Assembly: GCF_001194135.2 (NCBI RefSeq) | Contig: NC_069000.1 | Coordinates: forward strand, 17,546,324 to 17,598,851 | Reading direction: 5' to 3' | Source: Octopus bimaculoides | Lineage: Eukaryota | Length of the DNA: 52,528 nt | Part shown: piece after piece, positions 1 through 12,376 of the stretch | Position numbering within the stretch: position 1 is the first letter of the stretch | Layout: each line of letters starts with the position of its first letter | The notes under the pieces: generated by a model | What the model saw: the letters and a program-made list of their open reading frames with translations, nothing else | Told to the model about the DNA's origin: nothing | The model's database searches: none | Program-made: the position numbers and the translations under genes

Positions 1-29
1 TATATATATTCTAAGTGTGTGTGTGTGTG

Positions 30-79
<50 letters not shown>

Positions 80-1094
80 GATAACACAGAAGGTGCTTTT
101 TTTCACTCACCAATTTGAAAGGAGCTTTGTCCAGGAGGAACTGATATATCACACAAAGATTTACATATTTATGAGTATGTGTGTGTGTGTGTATGTGTAT
201 CTTTCTATTTATCTCAGTTTGTATGTATATATAAATGTATTTATGCACCTTATACACACTTGCAAAACTGAAAGGAAAACTTATGTCAGATCTTTTCTCA
301 AAACTATTTTAATTCCAGGTTAAGCAATCAATGTGACTTATAACTGCATGTAGGCTTCTTTAGATGTTTTCTTACATATTTCCTTACATGCTGTTGTGGG
401 ATTTTTTTTTCTTTTTATGTATTTTTAATTTTATTTATTTACTCTCATTTGCTTTGTGCTTTTTTTTATTTTCCTTTTTCTTTTTTTTCTTCTTTTTCTT
501 TTGTAGATGAGAAAAAACCATTGGTTCAAATAGGATTACAATTGGTGTTGCCCAGCAACTGGCAATTCGAATTATCACTCCCATCAGCTTGTCAGTCAGT
601 TATTAGCCAGTCAGTCTTTGAACAAGGAAGTAGTGCTTCTTCGCATTCTCTTCCAAACATTCATGTAGTTGGAAAACTGTCACTCTAGTTAATAATAATA
701 ATAATAATAGTAATATTAGAAGCAATAAGTTGTTCTAAGTGGAGTGAGAAGAGGAGACAAAATGCCACCTTTTGACCTGAAAGGCTGTGATATAACCAAC
801 AAACCAAAGGTTTATGAAGTAATAATAATTGGTAAGTCTATGTTTTTGTAAGTTGTTTTTTTTATTTATTTTTTGTCTACTATACTAATTTTATTTTAGT
901 TATTCATTTTATTTTATTTTTGTTTCCACTGGTTTGATTCATCATTGGACTGTGGCCATACTGGGGTAGTTCTTATGAAGGTTTACATTGATCATATAGA
1001 TCTCCCACTACTTAAGCTCTGACTCTTATTTCATCTCTCTCTCTCTTTCTCTCTCTCTCTCCCCCCCCCTCTCTCTCTCTCTCTATATATATAT

Positions 1095-1238
1095 ATATCA
1101 TCATCATCATCATCGTTTAACGTCCGCTTTCCATGCTAGCATGGGTTGGGCGATTTGACTGAGGACTGGTGCAACCGGATGGCTACACCAGGCTCCAATC
1201 TAATTTGGCAGAGTTTCTACAGCTGGATGCCCTTCCTA
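1095..1238 (+). mobile_element. Interspersed repeat 'family C' (CATCATCATCGTTTAACGTCCGCTTTCCATGC... head), truncated by a gap
   Basis: The same head recurs at about 8447-8490 (-), 8971-9008 (+), 14235-14270 (-) and 15270-15320 (+). Confidence 0.75.
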
Positions 1239-1578
1239 NNNNNNNNNNNNNNNNNNNNNNNNNNNNNNNNNNNNNNNNNNNNNNNNNNNNNNNNNNNNNN
1301 NNNNNNNNNNNNNNNNNNNNNNNNNNNNNNNNNNNNNNNNNNNNNNNNNNNNNNNNNNNNNNNNNNNNNNNNNNNNNNNNNNNNNNNNNNNNNNNNNNNN
1401 NNNNNNNNNNNNNNNNNNNNNNNATCTACTCTTTGAATATGTTCATTTCTTATCCTTATGTTCATTTCTTTAAAAATCCTTGTGAACGACAGCAAACCTT
1501 TCAGATATAATGTCTTAAAGAATACCCTACATTTGTATTGAATCCTGTAATTTATCATTTCTGATGAATCAGTAGAAC

Positions 1579-1611
<33 letters not shown>

Positions 1612-1615
<4 letters not shown>

Positions 1616-2130
1616 TTTTATTCTTTTACTTGATTGTGACCATGCTGGCTTTTAATCAAAGAAATATACCCCAGGACTTATTCTTTGTAAGCCTAGTACT
1701 CATTCTACCAGTCTGTTTTTGCTGAACCACTAAGTTATGGGGATACAAAAAACATCAGCATCGGTTGTCAAGTGATACCACACACACAATTATTCAATTA
1801 CACACGCACACGCACACGCACACGCGCGCGCGCGCACGCGCACACGTGTGGGTGTGTGTATAATTGAATAAGATAGAATGAGTGAGCTCTATTTTGTTCT
1901 CTGCTATGTTCCTAATGGAACACACCTTAAATTACGTGTGTGTGCGTGTGTGCGCGCACACACACACACACACGCACATACACACACACACACACACAAC
2001 AGGCTTCTTTTGGTTTCTGTCTACCAAATCTACTCACAAGGCTTTGGTTGGCTGGAGGCTATTGCAGAAGACACTGAACCTGGTACCTTATGGTTGGGAA
2101 GCATGCTTCTTAAGACACAGCCATGCCTGC
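1612..2130 (-). mobile_element. tRNA-derived SINE 'family A' copy
   Basis: Collinear with the copies at 21502-21906, 36046-36365 and 46603-47002; internal CA/TG microsatellite. Confidence 0.75.
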
Positions 2131-2667
2131 ACCTATATATATATATATATATATACACACATTTAAAATGTATGCATACACTTATATATTAAATAACTAA
2201 TTTGTTTTTCTCACAGAGGGGTATAACTTGACATACCTGTTTACTCCTGTAGACATAAACATAACACAAACCTGGACACACATACACACACACATGTAAT
2301 GGCCTTCTTCACAATTTCCATTCACTAAATTCCACTTACAAGGCATTGGCCAACTAATAGCTGTGATAAACACATACTTATCTAACATGGCATACAGTGG
2401 TTGTTAAATGTAATGCAGACCGTATTGTTGCAAAACAAACTTATTAACCACGTGACTTTTTCTTTTGTTGTTGTTTTTGTTTTGTTTTTCTTTGTTATTT
2501 TATTTATTTCTAGGATTTCACTGGAGTTGGTAGGGTTTCATGGGGGATTGTTTTTTACAGTATCTGTAAGTATCTGTTGTTTTGGATCCAATTTCCAGCC
2601 TTGCTCAAGCATAAGTTTATCTTTCATTAATGTTTATGAGAGTCAAGCTGTGATATGGTTGTTTAGC

Positions 2668-2985
2668 CTGCTAGAAATAGCTGCAAAATCTCCAATCAAA
2701 TCACAATTGGCTGTCATAAAAAAAAGTTAAGGCACATTAGATAGCATAGTCTTAGATACATTGTATCTGAATAACAGACAGTATTTTCCCAATTGGAATC
2801 TCCGTAAGTCTATTGAACCAGGTGACCTGGACCTAAACAACATCAACAACAAAGACGGACTCATTACATAATGTAGTTCTAGATATATTATGTCTGAATA
2901 AAAGATGGTATGGTCACAACTAGAATGTCTTTGATCTAAGCTCTGTCAGCTCAAGGCTATCTTGGAACTAAACAACCACAAGAAT
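2668..2985 (+). mobile_element. Interspersed repeat 'family D' (tagaaatagc..ccaaatctccctcaaatcac ... gctaaacaacaac tail), tandem partial copies
   Basis: Recurs at about 6825-6985, 11262-11420 (-), 20940-21135 and 43120-43510. The (AAC)n tail suggests a retroposon. Confidence 0.65.
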
Positions 2986-3859
2986 GACACCAACAAGGAA
3001 GGGCACAATGCATAATCTAGTCTTGGATGGTCATGACAGGAAAGCCTTTGATCAGTATTTGTATTAGAATTTGGGGTGAGAATTAAAAAATTTTAAATTT
3101 ATTTTTATTTTAAGTTCTAACTTTTCTTATATAAACATTGGCAGTTCATTATTAAGGCTGGATTAATAGTCTTGGATTATTCATTAACAAAAGTAGAAAG
3201 AGGAACTCTTTAATGAAGTGATTAGTCTAATTATCTCTAGATCCGGTAATGAACAGCTGTAAAGTCAGTTGATCATGGTTATGTAATCATAATTAANNNN
3301 NNNNNNNNNNNNNNNNNNNNNNNNNNNNNNNNNNNNNNNNNNNNNNNNNNNNNNNNNNNNNNNNNNNNNNNNNNNNNNNNNNNNNNNNNNNNNNNNNNNN
3401 NNNNNNNNNNNNNNNNNNNNNNNNNNNNNNNNNNNNNNNNNNNNNNNNNNNNNNNNNNNNNNNNNNNNNNNNNNNNNNNNNNNNNNNNNNNNNNNNNNNN
3501 NNNNNNNNNNNNNNNNNNNNNNNNNNNNNNNNNNNNNNNNNNNNNNNNNNNNNNNNNNNNNNNNNNNNNNNNNNNNNNNNNNNNNNNNNNNNNNNNNNNN
3601 NNNNNNNNNNNNNNNNNNNNNNNTGTGATCCCCCCAAAGAGTTGGTCCTGATAAGCAAATGGTACTCATTTTATCAATACTGTTTCCCTTCAGCCCTAAA
3701 TTTCTCTGCTCCTCTTCAACCTCCTCTCACCCTTTCAGACTTTGATTTAAAACTTATTGATCTCTCTCCAGAACTGTATCATCTCTCTCTCTGGTAAACT
3801 TTCTTTATCCTTGTGTCTCCCATCTTTACCACTAACTTTCAAAAGTTCAGATTAAGATG

Positions 3860-4050
3860 TTGGGACAAGGCCAGCAGGTTTGGGAAGTGGGGCTAAGTCA
3901 ATCAAATTGACCCTAATGCTATTTATTTTATCAACCCTGAAAGAAAAGGCAAAGTCAACCCCTGCAGAATTTGAACTCAGAATGTAAAGACAGGCAAAAT
4001 GCCACTAAGCATTTTACCTAGCATGCTAATGCTTCTGCCAACTCGATTCC
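3860..4050 (-). mobile_element. tRNA-derived SINE 'family B' copy
   Basis: The reverse strand has an A-box/B-box-like head (..gcagaagcattagc..; gagttcaaattc) and the gactttgcctttt..gataaaata core shared with more than 10 copies in the window. Confidence 0.75.
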
Positions 4051-4638
4051 TTAGTGATATCAAATATATTAAACTACATTTAGTTGTCCTTGTTCCCATT
4101 CAAGGAGAACCCTAAAAGTTTATAGGCACTGCATGTGATTTCTTGTTTCTCTATGGAAAAAACTGTTACTGCTCTCTGCCACTCTTTTACAATTTCTAAA
4201 AGTAAGAAAAGTAAGCTTTAAGCTAATGGCCAAAATCTTAATATTTTCTACTTCTTGGCTTAGTGATGTTTTATGTCTTAGAGCTCACTTATCTATCTCT
4301 TATTTCTGTCTTATCTCTGTTTTAGTGCTGTCTCCAACTTAGTGCTGTGTTAGCTTTGTCTTAGCATTGTCTTAGCTATCTCATTCCTGTCCTGTGCTTT
4401 CTTAGCACAGCTCTATCTCTATTAATTCCTGTAAAGTGGAAACATTATTAACGATCAGCTGTCTTTCTCGGAGCAACAGATACCAATAACTAATAATGTT
4501 TTACTTATAAAGGACACCCTCTGAGTTCAAGCACTCTCTCTCTCTCTCTCCCTCTCTCTCTCTCCCTCNNNNNNNNNNNNNNNNNNNNNNNNNNNNNNNN
4601 NNNNNNNNNNNNNNNNNNNNNNNNNNNNNNNNNNNGTG

Positions 4639-4679
<41 letters not shown>

Positions 4680-5386
4680 ACTTGTATGTATGCAGGCACA
4701 TACATTTATATCTGTCTACATGTAACTAAAAAAAAAAAATTGTCTTTTTCTGTTTTGGCAAATACAAATTAAAAGGTGAACTAGCAAGGAGCCGAGTGAG
4801 TGACCCAGTTTCAATTCCCAATTACAGCGCTTTCACAGCTCGTCAGTTGTATTAGTTAACACCTTTAAGAAAACACAGTGTATCATGCATCCCCTCCTCC
4901 CCCTTCTCCCCTCTCCTTTGCCGCCTGTCACCCCTGTGCCTTTTTCTTCTCCTAAAATCTGTATTGGATACATTTTCAGTAAAGTCATGGGGAAAACCAA
5001 AAATTATTCTAGGCCAAGGCTAAATGCTTAAATACGTATACATATATTGTCATCATTTTAATGTCTACTTTTCTGTTTTTGTAAACACACACCCATACAT
5101 CCATGCATATATATATATAGATACATATGTGTACACGTAATTTTCCTGTTGAGTTCAATTGGCCATAAAGCCTTTAGATTAAATTACATAATGTTCTTTA
5201 GTTGATATGTAACACACTCCTAACACAAAGATCATAAGCAAATTGAGTCTTAATTCATGGGTTTTGTGGTTCCGGGTTCAGTCCCACTGTGTGGCACCTT
5301 GGGCAAGTGTCTTCTACTATAGCCTCGGGCCTACCAAAGCCTTGTGAGTGGGTTTGGTAGACGGAAACTGAAAGAAGCCCGTCGTA

Positions 5387-5433
<47 letters not shown>

Positions 5434-8400
5434 NNNNNNNNNNNNNNNNNNNNNNNNNNNNNNNNNNNNNNNNNNNNNNNNNNNNNNNNNNNNNNNNNNN
5501 NNNNNNNNNNNNNNNNNNNNNNNNNNNNNNNNNNNNNNNNNNNNNNNNNNNNNNNNNNNNNNNNNNNNNNNNNNNNNNNNNNNNNNNNNNNNNNNNNNNN
5601 NNNNNNNNNNNNNNNNNNNNNNNNNNNNNNNNNNNNNNNNNNNNNNNNNNNNNNNNNNNNNNNNNNNNNNNNNNNNNNNNNNNNNNNNNNNNNNNNNNNN
5701 NNNNNNNNNNNNNNNNNNNNNNNNNNNNNNNNNNNNNNNNNNNNNNNNNNNNNNNNNNNNNNNNNNNNNNNNNNNNNNNNNNNNNNNNNNNNNNNNNNNN
5801 NNNNNNNNNNNNNNNNNNNNNNNNNNNNNNNNNNNNNNNNNNNNNNNNNNNNNNNNNNNNNNNNNNNNNNNNNNNNNNNNNNNNNNNNNNNNNNNNNNNN
5901 NNNNTATATATATATAAATAATAATAATAAGTAAACAAATAAAGTGTAGTTGTTTGATAAAATCTCCTTTATGTCAAATTTGTTATTCCTGTTTTCTGAA
6001 AATAGTGTTAAGTGAAGTATGTGTATATATAAGGGATCTTTAAGGTTAGAAATGCTGCCCAGGAAAAGTTGAAGGAGTACATTTAAAAGCACTTCTAAGA
6101 ATAGTAACTCTAGACTATTTCTAAGAATAGTAACTTTGTGAATGCTCCATTACCCTGTAAGTGATGATAAATAAAAGTAACCTACTGTGAAACTTTTACG
6201 TAATTTATCACCTGGTTTAATAACCACCCACCTGGTTCTTTGGTACTTTTAGCAGAATCCAGTCTGTTGCAAGCACTCATAGCCAATCTCCTGTCAGAAG
6301 ACAATTTCCTCCCACCACTTATGGAAGCCCTGCAAAAAGGTTACTTGGTGCTTGGTACTTTTAGACTTTGACTAAACCATTAAATAGAAACTTATTATGG
6401 TATGGAAAATAAATGTTCTGTTTTTCCAGAGAGAAGTTCATGTTTGAATAATAAATATTTTCTTCTACCTGTCCCTATTGATTCCCTACATCTGAAGTTG
6501 GATCATAGTCAATAGAAACAGTTGTCAATGGGTGTGAACAGATGTTTCTGGAATGTTGATATAATTTGATTGTGAATTAGGTCGATGAAAACTAGGTTAC
6601 TGTGTTAATGTAAGAGAACATGTCCAAAGCATTCATTCGTTTGTGATGATAATGATGTTATAAATGACTCTGTAAGCAATTGAGTTATGAAACCCAAATT
6701 TAAAGTACTAGAACTTCGAACTAAATCCTTTCATGTTTGTGTGTGTGTGTAGGCACCAGAAAGACTCTGCTTAAAGAAGGTGGTGGATGATAGGGGGTCA
6801 CGGATCTTTTTTGGAAAATACTATTAAAAAACAACCAAATCTCCCTCAAGTAACACTCTACTGTTTTACTATAAAAAAGAGAATGTAGCCTTTTATATAT
6901 AAAAAGAAGAGATGGTCATGAATGAACTACCTTTGATCATAGATCTGTTCAGTCAGGACTGACCTGGAGCTAAATGCTGATAACCATCACTATTATCCCA
7001 AAACACTGAGTCGGGATAACTACGTCACCAGAGATAATTGTAGAAAGACAATTATCTCTGAGTCTACTTTGCTGTCATTCACTGTGAGTAGAGGAACAAT
7101 GATTGTCCTGTTCTAAGTCTGTTTACTTCCACTGTGGAACAAACGAGACCGTGGAGAGTATTCAACATATACAGACTTTCTCATTTCACTCCACAATATA
7201 ATAAATCATTACATGTCTAAGTGTATGATGTGATCCCTAATTAGTGACATAAGGTTTGCTAGATATGAACTTGCAGGTTGTTCTTGTCTCCTACTAGGTC
7301 ATCCTACCAGGGCTTTGCTTTCGTTCAGTGTTGTGAGCTGGAAAGGGACCTTGTGGCAGGCCCTGTACCAGATGGCTGGATGTGATTGGAGAAGATCATA
7401 GATCAGCTGGATCAGAATGGACTTCAGGTTAACAATAGTTGAGTAACTACATAAGCTAATGAAGGGAATCTCTACACAGCTTGCTTGGTCTGCTAGAAAT
7501 AGTAACTATATCCCTCTCATTCACTATTATCTCTCCTTTTCTGCCCCCCTCTTTCTCACTTTTCTACCATTTCTTCCCCTTTCACTCTCTCTTCTCTCTT
7601 ACTCCCCCATCTCTCTCTCATTACTTATTCTCCATTTCTGATGGAGAAAATCCATCCGGCCTGTGCAAACATGGAAAAGTGAATGACGATAGAATGATGA
7701 CTTCAAACTGCATCTTGTAGTAGGGCTCTGATTTGGGAGTGCCTGGGTTTTGAGGAGTATGGAACCAAGTGTTAGCCACTATTGTTCCCAGAATAACCGT
7801 ACCTGTCTGGATCCCAACTATGGGTTAACTAGCATATGTGATGGCAGTCTTAGTGTGGGGATACAGAAATACCATTGGTTATTGTCAAGGTATGCAGTAA
7901 AACCGCCAAAAGTGAGGGACCCCAAGATGTCACAGCATCCTTCTAGGAAAGGGATGCTCTGATGTAAAACTTATGGTTTCACATGATTACTGGTCATCTC
8001 ACTTTGGCCTGTCAGTAGGTACTGATCACGGAGACTCCGTGAGTGGTATTTGTGTCATACAAGCATTTGTCACTGTAGTCCAATGAAGTACAGATGTCTC
8101 TTTATGGTGACCTCGTTTGTCGTTCTAGCTACTGGAAGTCCTGTGGCAGTGGAAAAGTGGCAACATGTGCAGGCTTAACCAGTTGCAGGTGCACAGTAGT
8201 TCACAACTTAACCATGCAGATCTGCAACAGAACTGAATAGTCATTTGAAAGGTCATGGAGAGAAAGTCAGAAATGTCATTGGCAACAAGATAGCATAAGG
8301 AGACAGCAGCCATCTTTGAAGATGGAGCAATCGCTCTCTCTCTCTCTCNNNNNNNNNNNNNNNNNNNNNNNNNNNNNNNNNNNNNNNNNNNNNNNNNNNN

Positions 8401-8705
8401 NNNNNNNNNNNNNNNNNNNNNNNNNNNNNNNNNNNNNNNNNNNNNNNNCATGGAAAGCGGACGTTAAACGATGATGATGATGATGATGATACACATGCCA
8501 CTATTTTATATATTTCTATTCTGTTATACATACTCCACAATTATAATTTTATTCTGTTGGTGAGCATGTATACACTCACCACATTTGTATTTCATCACAT
8601 TATAATCTAGTGTTTTCCCTTTTATTCTTGTCTATTCTATTCCGCTTGTTCTTTCCTTTGCGTTCCTCTCCATAATCATTAACTAACAATTTTCTCCAAC
8701 TCCAG

Positions 8706-8839
8706 ATAGATTCCAAGAACCTTTTCACCAAGGAACTCGAAGATGCTTTATTAAACGGAGATGTTGATTTTCTTGTTCATTCATTAAAGGACCTTCCTAC
8801 TTGTCTTGATGATCGGTTTGTTGTGGCTGCTATCCTGAA
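8706..8839 (+). CDS. HMBS: HMBS internal coding exon ([45 protein letters not shown]), first visible exon
   Basis: ctccag acceptor and AA|gtgagt donor. Contains the PBGD hallmarks LFTKELE and VHSLKD (catalytic Asp). 134 bp, phase 0 to phase 2. Confidence 0.97.
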
Positions 8840-9023
8840 GTGAGTTCTTTGTTATTGTAAAGTTTTATGAAATGATAGTTACATGAAATATTGAAGTGAT
8901 GCCTTTGGGTTATTATAGTAATTTGCTGTGTACGTATAGTACATTGCGTATTGTTGTATAGTACTGTATATCATCATCATCATCTTTGAACATTCGTTCT
9001 CCATGCTAGTTACATGAAATATT

Positions 9024-9230
9024 TTTTTTAGTTTTGGCGCAAGGCCAGCAATTTCGAGGCAAGTGTAGATTAATTAGATCAACTCGAGTGATCTACCGAT
9101 ACTTATTTTATCATCTCTGAAAAGATGAAAGGCAAGTTGACCTCAGCAGAACACAGAACATAAAGATGGATGAAATGCTGCTAAGCATTTTGCCCTGTGC
9201 GCTAATGATTCTGGCTGCTCACTGCCCTTA
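9024..9230 (-). mobile_element. SINE family B insertion in an HMBS intron with a 16-bp target-site duplication
   Basis: Flanked by identical AGTTACATGAAATATT at 9008-9023 and 9231-9246. Confidence 0.85.
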
Positions 9231-10549
9231 AGTTACATGAAATATTGAAGTCTGACGCTTTTGGGTTATTATAGTAATTTACTGTGTAGTGTAGTACATG
9301 GTGTATTGTTGTGTAGTACAGTATAGTATTCTGTAATGTAGATTTCTATACTGTACTGTACTACTGAAATCATCATCTTCACGCTTACATTGTTTTAACA
9401 CTCATATTTCCCTGCTTACATGAGTCAGACAGAATTTGTTGATGCAGATTTTTCTATGGTCAGGTGCCCTTCCTGTTGCCAACTGTCTCCTGTTTTCAAG
9501 AAAGGTAATATATCTCCATGACCAAACGAATTTCCATGGAAGATTGGACATGGAGAACACTGTTTACATTACAGTGACACTCATATGTAACTTTCCAGGC
9601 AAGGAGACAATAACACACATGTACAACAGGCTTCTTTCAATCTTTGTCTTCCAATTCCACTCACAAGACTTTGGTTAGCCCAGGGCTGTCATTGCAGACA
9701 CTTGCCCAAAGTGCCATGCAGTGAGACTGAACCCAGAACCATGTGGTTGGGAAGTAAACTCCTTACCACACAGCCACGCCTGTATTGCACAATATATTGT
9801 TTTGTTGTATTGCAGTATAACGCAATACAAGAGATACAGTTGGTTAAGTGAATAATTCTTAGAACTACCAACCAATCAACAGTTCATATCCTGTAACTAC
9901 CATTGTCCAGTGTCAGTGATCTCTGTCCATTATATTGTAAGTGGGCACTACATGATTTCATGGCAGTACAACTCACTGGCAGTGATGAGTATTTCATTTA
10001 TTTTTTTCAAGCTCTAATAATGTGGCCCCATAATTCAAGTCCTTCTATTATCACTGTTCAAGTGTGATGACCAGTACTTCACCCCCATGGAGCCTATTTA
10101 TAGTTGGTTAGATTGTGCCTTTGTGAGTTGATGTGGAAGCAGTTTTTCAGTGGTGATGATGGGTCTTTAAACCAGTAGTTCAACATCTTATATGCTCCAG
10201 ACGTTGGAGAAACTTGAATAGAAACTATTCTCTACATATGCTGATCTCTAAACAAAAAGAAAACAGTAGTTTCAAATTTTGGCACAAGGCCAGCCATTTT
10301 AGTGGTATACGTATTTTACAACTACATGAATTTTGTTGTCAACTATACAAACTTGAATTACAATAAAAGATGTCATATGATTATTTTTTTTTTTCAAATA
10401 TGTGTTTTATATAATAAATCATTTTTTAAATGAATTTATTAAGTATCTTTAATATACAACTAATGTATGTTTTTGTTCTGATTGTACACTTAATTACCAT
10501 TTCATTGTAATCCCTGCCAAATTCATTTGATTTCTTTTTTGTTTTTTAG

Positions 10550-10627
10550 ACGAGACAGTCCTTATGATGCCCTTGTTATGCACCGCTCTTCAGATTGCAA
10601 GGATCTGGCATTGCTACCTCCTGGAAG
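10550..10627 (+). CDS. HMBS: HMBS exon (RDSPYDALVMHRSSDCKDLALLPPGS)
   Basis: Polypyrimidine tract + ag, AG|gtac donor. 78 bp, in frame with neighbours; matches the PBGD R-E/D-x-P-x-D-A motif. Confidence 0.96.
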
Positions 10628-11066
10628 GTACATTTTCTTGTCAACTCTCATCTTTTCCATTTACAAATACTTTTACTACCAGTTTGTATATAATGTTCAT
10701 TGGTTAAGACTGCTTCTACCAATCACTCAATCATTTTTCTGTTTTTAACCCTTTATCATTCAGATTACTCTGTCAAACATATTGCTTACTTATTCAAATT
10801 GGTTTGAATTAATCATGTATTATCCCATAGCTTTGAGATTTGATGTCAATGATGTGATAGTATATTTTTAGAATGACATTGTATAGTAGGAGTGAAGGCT
10901 GAATCTGACCAGTTTGAATATAAAACATGTGATAATTTTGTTTTTTCTAAGATAGTAAGGAATATTTCTCTGCTATTTCTTGTAGTCTGGGTCAGTGTAA
11001 ATGTCCTCTCATTTTTTTCTTTCACCAATTTGTTAACTCATGTTAAAGTCTGTTATTATATTACAG

Positions 11067-11142
11067 TGTCATAGGTACCAGTTCACTACGGAGAATTGCC
11101 CAGCTCAAGCGTAAATATCCACACTTAGTCTTTGAAAGTATT
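11067..11142 (+). CDS. HMBS: HMBS exon (VIGTSSLRRIAQLKRKYPHLVFESI)
   Basis: ttacag acceptor and GTSSLRR cofactor-binding motif. 76 bp, followed by a GTATCCTT donor. Confidence 0.98.
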
Positions 11143-12262
11143 GTATCCTTGTGTTATTTATTGTTTTATTTATTTGTTGTCTTTGTTTTATTGTGTTGTT
11201 TTTTTTTTTGGCTCTGTGTCATAATTGATCAAGTAGACCTCCAACCAAATACATATCAGTCGTGATCATCCCACTCTTTTTTTTTTTTCTAGATATATTG
11301 TATCGTAGCCATCCTTATTTAGTGTGTTTTTAATTTGCTAGAAGAGAATCTGTGATCAAAGCTGTTTCACTTGTGACCATAGTATATCTAAGACTACAGT
11401 AAATTTTACTTTGACTCTCAATTTTGGCTGCTATTTCTTGCAGTCATGGTGACCGCATAGAGGCTCATGCTTTTACTTGATATTGTTTAGCCTCAGATAA
11501 ACTTTGAACAAGAAGAACTATGGTCAGAGCTTATCAAAACATTACAGTACCATCTGGATTTCAATACCTAATGTGGTCTTCCATTCTGAAGACAGAGGGA
11601 AGTGATTTTTGGGAGAATTAGCTGCTTTTCTTGCAGGTCTACTGACCATGTAGAAGCTGCCTTGTTGACTCAATATGTAGTGGTTTTGTGGAGTGCAGTG
11701 TTGTAGCCCATGGCTTTAGCTTCTGTTGTGTTCTTTTGTTAATCCAAGTAGAGAAGTATCAGTTGAACCCTGTAGCTTCTGTTCTGTTACTTTACTTGAT
11801 ATTCAGTGAAGTGGTATAAGTCCAAGCCTATAGCATTTTGTTCTGCTATCTTCTGTGTCCATACGTGATTGAAGACTCCTACAAGTAGTAGCAGTAGAGA
11901 CATGTAAAGTAGTGTCAGTTCTTGCACAACAGTTGTACTTCCTTCAGATTCAGCAGTGGTTGTTAGCAAACCAATACAACCTAGACCTGTCCATGCACTC
12001 TAACTTCAAGGAACCCTTGCTTGGGTGTCAAAGGTACTTATTTTAGGTAGGTAGTCACTCTAGCTAGGTGGTTGATGTTTGCTGCCCTAGCTCAGTAGTC
12101 ATTGTTGGTCACCCTAGGTAGATGGTCAGTGTTTGTTACACCAGCTAGGTGACTACTGATGGTCACCCCAATTAGGTAATCAAAGTATTTATCACCCTGC
12201 CCAACGCAGGACAGTTAATTATTTATAAACATATAGTGTGTTTCCTTAACTATGTTTCCTAG
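11143..12262 (+). other. HMBS: U12-type (minor spliceosome) GT-AG intron of HMBS
   Basis: 5' splice site GTATCCTT at 11143. Branch site TTTCCTTAAC at 12241-12250, 12 nt before the end of the terminal AG (12261-12262), with only a short pyrimidine tract. Confidence 0.93.
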
Positions 12263-12376
12263 AGAGGTAACCTGAATACAAGGTTTAAAAAACTAGATGA
12301 AAACAACACATATAATGCCATGATTCTTGCAGTTGCTGGATTAGAGAGGATGAATATGTCTCATCGAATAACAAAG
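12263..12376 (+). CDS. HMBS: HMBS exon ([38 protein letters not shown])
   Basis: RGNLNTR and ILAxAGLxR motifs. 114 bp, AAG|gtaaag donor. Confidence 0.98.

Noticed and set aside
111-140. Possible 30-nt minus-strand micro-exon (cag|TTCCTCCTGGACAAAGCTCCTTTCAAATTG|gtgagt)
   Set aside because: Weak acceptor tract, no partner exons, no recognisable peptide.
2690-2730. KSQLAVI in ORF 2401-2730 resembles the HMBS RKSQLA motif
   Set aside because: It lies inside a family D repeat (ccaaatctccctcaaatcac...), has no splice sites, and is followed by a stop; coincidence.
10149-10246. GTGATGA ... CTGA pair resembling an intronic C/D snoRNA
   Set aside because: No terminal stem and no recognisable rRNA antisense element; both boxes are common by chance.
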